Assembly (NCBI GenBank): GCA_001643675.2
Contig: LSRY02000006.1
Location: 1 to 64,000, forward strand
Direction of reading: 5' to 3'
DNA length: 64,000 nucleotides
Source: Monocercomonoides exilis PA203
Lineage: Eukaryota > Protista > Preaxostyla
Shown here in pieces: positions 1-9,269 of the stretch. Made by a program: the position numbers and the translations under genes. The notes below the pieces were generated by a model. It made no database searches. It was given only the letters and a program-made list of their open reading frames with translations, and was not told the origin of the DNA. Each line of letters starts with the position of its first letter. The first letter of the stretch is position 1.

Positions 1-2640
1 AACCCTAACCCCACCCTAACCCCAGTTTGAACCCTAACCCTAACCCTAACCACCCAACCCCAACCCAACCCTGTAACCCCAACCCTAACCCGTAACCCTA
101 ACCTAACTTGGACCCTAACCCTAACCCTAACCCTAACCCTAACCCTAACCCCAACCTAACTCCTAACCTAACCCCAACTCCTAACCCTAACCCCTAACCT
201 AACCCTAACCCTAACCCTAACCCCTAACCCTAACCCTAACCTCCTAACCCTAACCCTAACAACCCTAACTCCCACCTCTAACCCTAACCCTAACCCTAAC
301 CCTAGCTAACCCTAACCCTAACCCTAACCCTAACCCTTCCCAACCCTAACCCTAACCCCTAACCCTAACCCTAACCCTAACCCTAACCCTAACCCCAACC
401 CTAACCCTAACTTTTAACCCTAACCCTAACCCTAACCCTAACCTTGCACCCCTTCTCAACCCTAACCCTAACCCTAACCCTAACTCAAATCCCAACTAGT
501 TTTGAACCCCCTAACCCTAACCTCAACTCCCTAACCCCTAACCCTAACCCTAACCCTAACCCTAACCCTAACCCTAACCCTAACCCCTAACCCTAACCCC
601 TAACCCTAACCCTAACCCTAACCCCTAACCCTAACCCTAACCCTAACCCTAACCCTAACCCTAACCTAACCCTAACCCTAACCCTAACCCTAACCCTAAC
701 CCTAACCCTAACCCTAACCCTAACCCTAACCCTAACCCTAACCCTAACCCTAACCCTAACCCTAACCCTAACCCTAACCCTAACCTAACCCTAACCCTAA
801 CCCTAACCCTAACCCTAACCCTAACCCTAACCCAACCCTAACCCTAACCCTAACCCTAACCCTAACCCTAACCTAACCCTAACCCTAACCCTAACCCTAA
901 CCCAACCCCAACCCTAACCTAACCCTAACCCTAACCCTAACCCTAACCTAACCCTAACCCTAACCCTAACCCTAACCCTAACCCTAACCCTAACCCTAAC
1001 CCTAACCCTAACCCTAACCCTAACCCTAACCTAACCCTAACCCTAACCCTAACCCTAACCCTAACCCTAACCCTAACCCTAACCCTAACCCTAACCCTAA
1101 CCCTAACCCTAACCCTAACCCTAACCCTAACCCTAACCTAACCCTAACCCTAACCTAACCTAACCCTAACCCTAACCCTAACCCTAACCCTAACCCTAAC
1201 CCTAACCCTAACCCTAACCCTAACCCTAACCCTAACCCTAACCCTAACCCTAACCCTAACCCTAACCCTAACCCTAACCCTAACCCTAACCCTAACCCTA
1301 ACCCTAACCCTAACCTAACCCTAACCCTAACCCTAACCCTAACCCTAACCCTAACCCTAACCCTAACCCTAACCCTAACCCTAACCCTAACCCTAACCCT
1401 AACCCTAACCCTAACCCTAACCCTAACCCTAACCCTAACCCTAACCCTAACCCTAACCCTAACCCTAACCCTAACCCTAACCCTAACCCTAACCCTAACC
1501 TAACCCTAACCCTAACCCTAACCCTAACCCTAACCCTAACCCTAACCCTAACCCTAACCCTAACCCTAACCTAACCCTAACCCTAACCCTAACCCTAACC
1601 CTAACCCTAACCCTAACCCTAACCCTAACCCTAACCCTAACCCTAACCCTAACCCTAACCCTAACCCTAACCCTAACCCTAACCCTAACCCTAACCCTAA
1701 CCCTAACCCTAACCCTAACCTAACCCTAACCCTAACCCTAACCCTAACCCTAACCTAGTTTGAACCCTAACCCTAACCCTAACCCTAACCCTAACCTAAC
1801 CCTAACCCTAACCCTAACCCTAACCCTAACCCTAACCCTAACCCTAACCCTAACCTAACCCTAACCCTAACCCTAACCCTAACCCTAACCCTAACCCTAA
1901 CCCTAACCTAACCCTAACCCTAACCCTAACCCTAACCCTAACCCTAACCCTAACCCTAACCCTAACCCTAACCCTAACCCTAACCCTAACCCTAACCCTA
2001 ACCCTAACCCTAACCCTAACCCTAACCCTAACCCTAACCCTAACCCTAACCCTAACCCTAACCTAACCCTAACCCTAACCCTAACCCTAACCCTAACCCT
2101 AACCCTAACCCTAACCCTAACCCTAACCCTAACCCTAACCTAACCCCTAACCCTAACCTAACCTAACCCTAACCCTAACCTAACCTAACCCTAACCTAAC
2201 CCTAACCCTAACCCTAACCCTAACCCTAACCTAACCCTAACCTAACCCTAACCCTAACCCTAACCCTAACCCTAACCCTAACCCTAACCCTAACCCTAAC
2301 CCTAACCCTAACCCTAACCCTAACCCTAACCCTAACCTAGTTTGAACCCTAACCCTAACCCTAACCCTAACCCTAACCCTAACCCTAACCTACCCTAACC
2401 TAACCTAACCCTAACCCTAACCCTAACCCTAACCCTAACCCTAACCCTAACCCTAACCCTAACCCTAACCCTAACCCTAACCCTAACCCTAACCCTAACC
2501 CTAACCCTAACCCTAACCCTAACCCTAACCCTAACCCTAACCCTAACCCTAACCCTAACCCTAACCCTAACCCTAACCCTAACCCTAACCCTAACCCTAA
2601 CCCTAACCTAACCCTAAACCTAACCCTAACCCTAACCTAG
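1..2640 (+). repeat. Telomeric tract (CCCTAA)n = (TTAGGG)n, chromosome left end
   Basis: Continuous CCCTAA array from base 1. The first ~600 nt are noisy. Frequent CCTAA 5-mer variants and CTAGTTTG inserts are present. The tract ends ...CCCTAACCTAG at 2640. Confidence 0.99.
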
Positions 2641-2690
2641 TTCGCAGTACTATTGAAAATGTCTTTTGCTGCTCTCTCAAAAGAATCAAC

Positions 2691-4352
2691 ATGGATATGA
2701 CTCATGAAAAATTGGATCCTAAAGTTGAAGATGAAATTTCAAAAGTGTTGAAAGAAGGAAGAGTTGATAAGAATGTGAAGCCTGATGGAAAAGGAAAAGA
2801 ACCTTGTCTTTTGATGGATGTTGAAAGGATTATTGCTTTCACTGATGATTTGCTTCCAACAAAAGCAATGGAAGCATCATTGTGGTTAGTCGCAGTTTCA
2901 ACAGGTGCAAGAGCTATTACTGCTTCAAATGTGCTTTTGAGTGATATTGGAAGTGTTATCTTGTCTGATAATGGAACAACGTATCTGTTGAAGATCAAAT
3001 TCAGAGTTACGAAAGGAGATCCTTATTGGAATCATGATGTGACACTTGAAGGAATGTTGGATGAAAAAAGCAATACGGACCCTGTTTATTGGATCAATCA
3101 ACATCTTCAAACTTCATTTGGATTGAGTTTGAATAATAGATCGAAATGGATCTTGTCTGAAACTGAGAAGAAACTGAAACTTTGGGATTTGTCAAAAGAT
3201 AATATGACACAATATTTGAGAAGAAGAGCGCAAAATGCAGGTTATCCGCATGATTTATTCTCATTTCATTCCTTCAGAGGAGGTTTCATGAGTTCGACGA
3301 TGATATCAATGGGGATAAATGCTCATGGAAGAGATTCAGCAATTATGTACACAGCAGCCGTTGCTGGATGGATTCCAAATTCGAAAGCTCAACTCAGATA
3401 TTGTAAAAATGCTGTCACATCGACTGTTGTTTCAACAAGACTTGCTGATCCAGAACATTCACAATCTGAGGTGGTGGACAAAGCACTTTTGGGAATTGAA
3501 GCTTTTCACAATATCAATTTGAATGAAGATTTCACAAAGGAAATTGACATCAGAAAAGCGATTCATTCTGTTCGAGATGCATTCAAAGAAAAAATCAAGG
3601 TTGATGAAATTAAAGAAAAAACAGAATCTGAAACAAAAAGAAAAAGAGAAGATTACAAACGGAGAACATGGAAAAACGCTGTTTCTGCTTATGTGAAGAA
3701 AAATGAAGAAATGGAAAAAGAAGCATCTGAAATCTACACAAAGCACAAGAACTACAAAAGTTTGAGAACAAGATTTGCAACTGTTTTAAATGTGAGAGTG
3801 AAAGTTGGAATCAAACATTTGATAGAAAGAGTGAAAAATGAAGATAAAATTGAAACAATAGTTGATGAATTAACTGGGTTAGTCGGAGATGAAATTGAAG
3901 GAAAGAAAGAAATGAGAAAACACAACAAAAAAGCGAAATTCAATTGTCCAGAAGCATTTGCAAGAGAAAAGGATGAAAAAGGACAAAGAAAGAGAATTAA
4001 ATGGACAGAAGAAGAAGATGAAAAATTGAAAGAAATGGTTCAAAAACATTATTCTTTCATTGAAATGGCTAAAGAACTGAAAGGAAGATTTCCAAATGAT
4101 TGCCGAGACAGATTGAGAAATTTGAAAATTCTTGAAAATTGGAAGATAGAAAATGCAACATTCAAGAAAATGAAAAAAAGAAGAGTATTTGAAATCTTGA
4201 AAGATGATGATGACTCAGATAATAATGATGATGAAAATGATGATGATGAATTCATTGATGATGATGAATTGAGAAATTCATGCAAGCCAACTTTGAAAAG
4301 AAGAAAGATCGATGAATTTAATGATTTGGATGTTGAAGATTATGATTTGTAA
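2691..4352 (+). CDS. Tyrosine recombinase with C-terminal Myb/SANT (telobox-like) domain and acidic tail
   Basis: 553 aa ORF. YR catalytic set: R74 (STGAR), K108 (VTKG), H193-x-x-R196 (FHSFRGG), W227 (AGW), Y237. Myb repeat KRIKWTEEEDEKLKEMVQKH...GRFPNDCRDRLRNLK at nt ~3990-4127. The frame is open upstream to the telomere junction (VRSTIENVFCCSLKRIN). Confidence 0.88.
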   Translation: MDMTHEKLDPKVEDEISKVLKEGRVDKNVKPDGKGKEPCLLMDVERIIAFTDDLLPTKAMEASLWLVAVSTGARAITASNVLLSDIGSVILSDNGTTYLLKIKFRVTKGDPYWNHDVTLEGMLDEKSNTDPVYWINQHLQTSFGLSLNNRSKWILSETEKKLKLWDLSKDNMTQYLRRRAQNAGYPHDLFSFHSFRGGFMSSTMISMGINAHGRDSAIMYTAAVAGWIPNSKAQLRYCKNAVTSTVVSTRLADPEHSQSEVVDKALLGIEAFHNINLNEDFTKEIDIRKAIHSVRDAFKEKIKVDEIKEKTESETKRKREDYKRRTWKNAVSAYVKKNEEMEKEASEIYTKHKNYKSLRTRFATVLNVRVKVGIKHLIERVKNEDKIETIVDELTGLVGDEIEGKKEMRKHNKKAKFNCPEAFAREKDEKGQRKRIKWTEEEDEKLKEMVQKHYSFIEMAKELKGRFPNDCRDRLRNLKILENWKIENATFKKMKKRRVFEILKDDDDSDNNDDENDDDEFIDDDELRNSCKPTLKRRKIDEFNDLDVEDYDL

Positions 4353-4861
4353 TGTATCAAATCATATATCAATACACTCTTGTTACTTTTTTATTTTTTA
4401 TTTTTTCATTTTAACAACTGCAATTTTCAGGTTAGTTGGTGATAAACCATTCACTTTTTTTTATACAAACTTTCCTGAGTTTTTTATCTTTTTTATTTTG
4501 ATATATTCTCCACATTTTGTCATGTCTTGTTATTGAGACATTGGAGTTAATAAATAAGATAATATCAAAAAATATCATGTTTTTCAATGAAAAAACCAAC
4601 TTTTCAAAAAAAGTTGAAAAATCAAAATTTTCATGTTTTTAACAAAATTGTCATATTTCAACACTTTCGAAACCATTTTGAAATACACTATTTGACACAT
4701 CAATAAATCAAAAATAATCAACAAATCTTGAGTGAAATCTACAGGTTAGCTCATAGTGAAAAAATCGAAAAAATGAAAATTTTCAGGTTCGCTTCCAATA
4801 TGAAAATTTCAACTTGATACACCAAAATCAAGTTTTGGATGGTAGTATAGTTGCGCTAAGA

Positions 4862-4882
4862 GGGAAAACCACAGGTTTTCCC
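4862..4882. other. Perfect 9-bp hairpin GGGAAAACC-ACA-GGTTTTCCC near the element right end
   Basis: Directly visible inverted repeat ending 8 nt before the internal telomeric stretch. Confidence 0.9.
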
Positions 4883-4890
4883 ACGGCTGA

Positions 4891-4907
4891 CCTAACCCTA
4901 ACCTAGT
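4891..4907 (+). repeat. Interstitial telomeric stretch CCTAACCCTAACCTAGT, direct repeat of 2625-2641
   Basis: Exact 17-nt identity with the telomere/element junction. Confidence 0.95.
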
Positions 4908-5758
4908 AGGTTCGAATATAGATCCAGAGCCCCATTAGCCTTCCACCACAACCCCGTGAAGAGCCATGATGAAATTAAATAACTAAAAGAGAATAGCAAT
5001 CCATATCGAAATATTTTAATGATAATTTCAATAACTCACTTCCAAAACAAACTTCTTCCAAACAGCCGAAACTGCTCAAAACAAATCCATCCTGAAAGCT
5101 TAATGAGCTATCTCAAAATATATATTTCAATATTAACCATTAAAAGATCTCAGACAACTTCCCGACTTTCTCAACAATCCTCCCGAGAGAGAGAACTACT
5201 GAGAAAAAATCGGAAAGCCACCTTACAGACACTTTTCAAAATTATCACCCTATTTAGCAGGTTGAGGTCTCGTTCGTTATCGGAATTAACCAGACAAATC
5301 ACTCCACCAACTAAGAACGACCATGCACCACCACCCACGGAATCAAGAAAGAACTATCAATCTGTCAATCCTTCCCGTGTCTGGACCTGGTAAGTTTCAC
5401 CGTGTTGAGTCAAATTAAGCCGCAGGCTCCACACCTGGTGGTGCCCTTCCGTCAATTTCTTTAAGTTTCAGACTTGCGACCATACTCCCCCCAGAACCCA
5501 GAGACTTAATCGATTTCTCTAAAGGTGCTGATGGGGCTTAAAAACAAAAAAACAAAGACAAATAACCGAAGTTACCTCTTTCATTTTTTTGTTATAATTT
5601 TAAAAGCAAACTCACTTCACTATTTCTAGCGATAAATTCCACCTATCCCGAAAGATAGAAATTGGAAAAGCGAATTAAAAAAATAAATTCCCTCCAATCC
5701 CTAGTTGGCATCGTTTATAGTTAAGACTAGAGCGGTTTCTGATCGCCTTCGATCCCCT

Positions 5759-5792
<34 letters not shown>

Positions 5793-7382
5793 TAAATGCT
5801 TTCGCACTTGTTTGTCTTGCATAAATCCAAGAATTCCACCTCTGACTATGCAATACAGATACCCCCAACTGTCCCTCTTAATCATTACACCTGTTTCAAA
5901 AACCAATAAAACTCAAATCGATAAACAATAACAAAAAAGAACAAGTTCAATCTTCTTATTGTTTAAGACTCGAATGTGTTTGATAACAAAAAATAAATAA
6001 GTTTCCTTATATTTTTTTCATTATCAAATTTAAAACACATCAGGTGTCTTATTTTATTATTCCATGCTAATGTGTTCAGTAGCGAATTTCTTTCATTACA
6101 AAAAAAACGCCTGCTTTGAACACTCCATTTTCTTCAAAGTAAACTCTCCGAAATTTTCCTCTTCTTTGACAAAGAGAAACGATTAATATAAATCAACATT
6201 TAAGTGATATATTAATAATTTCGAAAACATTTACCCCTTTTTTGAAAAAGCCACAAGGACTTCTCAAAAAGGGATTCGAGGTTATTCAAATTCAAGGCAA
6301 GCATAAGATAAATGAAAGATACTGAATCAATCAAACAACAAGAAATAAATCTTGATGCAAGATTAAAAACAATACCATGATTTTCAAATATCCCCTCATC
6401 AATACCCTCCAATCACTTCACATCCAAATTAAATCAACCCGAAAGCTAATTTAAAAAGGAAAAATGAAGCAGGACTAAGTATAGAGAAACATCTCGCCCC
6501 CTCGAACAATTAAAAACTCCAAAATCCAACTACGAGCTTTTTAACTGCAGCAATTTTAGTATACACTATTAGAGCTGGAATTACCGCGGCTGCTGGCACC
6601 AGACTTGCCCTCTAATTGTTTCTCTTTCAAGCATTTACATTGAAACCATTCCAATAGCAGAATACCATTAGATACCCCGCTTTGTTATTTTTTGTCACTA
6701 CCTCCCCATATACGTCATTGATTGGGATTGGGTAATTTGCGCGCCTGCTGCCTTCCTTGGAAGTGGTAGCCATCTCTCAGGCTCCCTCTCCGGAATCGAA
6801 CCCTAATTCTCCGTTACCCGTCAATACCATGGTAGGCCTCTATCCTACCATCATCAGTTGATAGGTCAGAAATTTCAATGACACATTGCCAAGACGATGG
6901 GCTCTTAACCCACCCTGGCAATTCGACATTTATCATGAATCACCATTATCTTTCACAATGGACACACACCATCCATCCCTTGCGAGACTTCCGAACATGT
7001 GCCGAAATAAGTTTTTGATCCATATAGAATCAAACATTTAAACTATTCCTAATGGTTTTCGATCTAATAAATACAATCCTTCCCCAAAGGGTGTCTCATT
7101 GCTGAAACACCCTTAGTCGGATCTTTTTCAAACCCACCCTTCTTTCCATTCCGAAAAACAAAAAGAAAAATGAATTCTCGCATGTATTAGCTCTAGAATT
7201 ACTACGGCTATCCATGTAGTAAATTATATTTCTATTCAAAATATAACATTGTCATTGTCAAATAAATTATAACTGTTGTAATGAGCCATTCGCAGTTTCA
7301 TAAATACAAGTTATTTATACTGACACATGCATGGCTTAATCTTTGAGACAAGCATATGACTACTGGCAGAATCGACCAGATA
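4908..7382 (-). rRNA. 18S rRNA: 18S (SSU) rRNA gene, 3'-truncated within the V7 region, with large expansion segments
   Basis: Minus strand starts TATCTGGTCGATTCTGCCAGTAGTCATATGCTTGTCTCAAAGATTAAGCCATGC at 7382. Conserved blocks are present at ~6570-6600 (GTGCCAGCAGCCGCGGTAATTCCAGCTC), ~5435-5470 (AAACTTAAAGAAATTGACGGAAGGGCACC) and ~5265-5320 (TAATTCCGATAACGAACGAGACC). No post-V7 conserved motifs, 3' end, ITS, 5.8S or 28S are present. Assigning 4908-5240 to V7 is inference. Confidence 0.97.
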
Positions 7383-8920
7383 CATTTATTTATAGAAAAA
7401 AAACATTAATTAAAAATACATTCAACTAATGTTTTTTTCTAATTATAAATATTAATATATCATATTGTTTTTATTCAAAGACAACATAATATAGTATTTT
7501 AGTCATAATTATTGAAACATCACCATTCACAAAGATTGATGATATTTCAAGAATAGACACAATATTTTCCCTTCTCAAATATTAACACATTATTTTCTTT
7601 CAGATAAACTTAATAACTGATATTAAAGTTATTGAGTCATCCAATCATAATCATTAATATTTGTATTATCACAATGTAATCTCAATATCAAAACACTTTT
7701 CTCATCATCATCAAAAAGAAGATAATATAAAAAGCTCTGATAGATCATTACAATATGATTTTTCATTCGCATCTTACAATTATATTTTCACCTTTTGAAA
7801 AAGTGGCAAATAATTGTAACAGTTCAAATACTTTCAATCAATAGAAACATGACATTTATGTCTTCAAACAAACAAACAATAATATATATTTGTTCATTTT
7901 GATTTCATCACTGTCACATTCTATCTCTCGATAGTCAAATCCAACCCCCACATATTAGGCAACCAAACCCAACAGTGCAATAACAATCCATCTGAACTTA
8001 ATCAATGATATACACATATACATATCGACCACACCATACATATAGACAAGGTCTCGACTTCATGAAGTACTCTTTTCTACAATATTCAAACAAGTCAACA
8101 TACATGTATTTCCGAGAACAAAACACCCCAAACACTTTCACACAAATCCCCACATTGTTGCTTTTCTAAAATCAAGCAGTTCTCCAAGATGGATTCATTG
8201 CATCCAACTCAAACTACTTCACCCCACATAACCATATACTATACTGCCTCACAACACACATTCACTACTAGCATAGCACTCTCTCACAACAACTTCTCAG
8301 ACTCATCGATTATATTAGAGTCATCTTCACCTCTTCATCTGACATTTTTACACATCAGACTTAAAGATTCAAACAACTCACTTTATTATTCGACCCATCT
8401 GATCAGCCATTGCTACCAGAAGATGTTTTCATAAAACATGTATTGCTTGGCCCTTATATACAATCATATGTTGCTTTTCATTCGAATCAGACCCAACAAA
8501 CCCACCCTTTTTGAACCACCTTCATTTATACTTCACACTCAGTGAGTTTCTGTATAATCATGCAAGGCATTTCATTCAAAGAGACATATACATATTATTC
8601 CCATTCAAATACCATATACTATCTTCCTTAACATAAAAAGCCTACCCACCTATTTGCTATACATATGACATAATACTATATACATATATATATAATAGAC
8701 CACTATTACACAATGCCTCAGTCTAATAGACAGCCCCCTATACAAAATTTTTCATTCAAAATCCACTTTTTTCCCTATGGAGTTTCATATACAAGTCACA
8801 CTTCTATACTAACCCCATATCACATAAGCCCTGGCTCAGACTATCCTCACCAGACAACTTTTGTCGAAAAAAAATGAAGTCAGAAAAAAAATTTTTTCGG
8901 GGGGTGTCCCCCTAAGTATA
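7383..8920 (-). other. Probable 5' external transcribed spacer of the rDNA unit
   Basis: Non-coding AT-rich sequence immediately upstream of the 18S 5' end; the upstream limit is uncertain. Confidence 0.55.
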
Positions 8921-8925
8921 CTTCC
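8730..8925 (-). promoter_or_regulatory. Candidate RNA polymerase I initiation region
   Basis: Minus-strand GTATAGGGGG (~8734-8743) and TATACTTAGGGGG (~8908-8920) resemble the plant-type TATATAGGGGG initiation motif. They lie between the ETS and the spacer repeats. Confidence 0.3.
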
Positions 8926-8954
8926 GTAAAAATCCCCGACAGCCCGCACCCCAA

Positions 8955-9180
8955 ACACCATCTTTTCCAAAAAACTCATAGACTCAATTACACTACGCCC
9001 AGGTTTTCGCGTTTTTTTCCCTTTTTCATACTAGAATTACACTACGAAAACGACCTCATCGAAAAACCTGCTTTGATACTAAAAATTCTCAAAATTACAC
9101 TACGCCCCGAAAACCTCGGCCTAGTGAAAATGCCCAAAAATGATACTAGAAAAAAACTCAATGAAAATTTTTAGTATCCT
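8955..9180. repeat. Left arm of degenerate inverted repeat in the rDNA spacer
   Basis: TCTTTTCCAAAAAACTCATAGACTCAA (8961) and GATACTAGAAAAAAACTCAATGAAAATTT (9142) are reverse-complement matches to ~11313-11340 and ~11042-11072. Contains ATTACACTACG x3. Confidence 0.75.
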
Positions 9181-9269
9181 TCCATAGTGTTTCTTGGGAT
9201 GGGGACACACCAAAGCCTTGCCACTACCACACCACCTTGTGTATCCCCTCACTGCCTTTCATCTGGTTT

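Larger units (their letters stand above)
2625..4907 (+). mobile_element. Putative telomere-associated tyrosine-recombinase element (Crypton/DIRS-YR-like), probably 5'-truncated
   Basis: YR ORF plus AT-rich 3' region lying between the telomere and a broken 18S gene. Identical 17-mer CCTAACCCTAACCTAGT at 2625-2641 and 4891-4907; hairpin at 4862-4882. Confidence 0.7.

Noticed and set aside
1-600. Other irregular repeat variants at the extreme tip
   Set aside because: Non-recurrent and consistent with low-coverage sequencing error.
2691-4352. Protelomerase/telomere resolvase or intact DIRS retroelement call
   Set aside because: The motifs are generic YR, the end is a normal repeat telomere rather than a hairpin, and no RT, RNase H or gag is present in the window.
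4862-4907. Calling this segment the telomerase RNA gene or a Helitron
   Set aside because: The sequence 5' of the repeats (GCTGA) does not match the TTTG insert seen in the telomere, and no Rep/helicase ORF is present. Both ideas are kept only as hypotheses.
5019-6412. ORFs 5019-5393 and 6212-6412
   Set aside because: They lie within the 18S rRNA gene and are chance frames.
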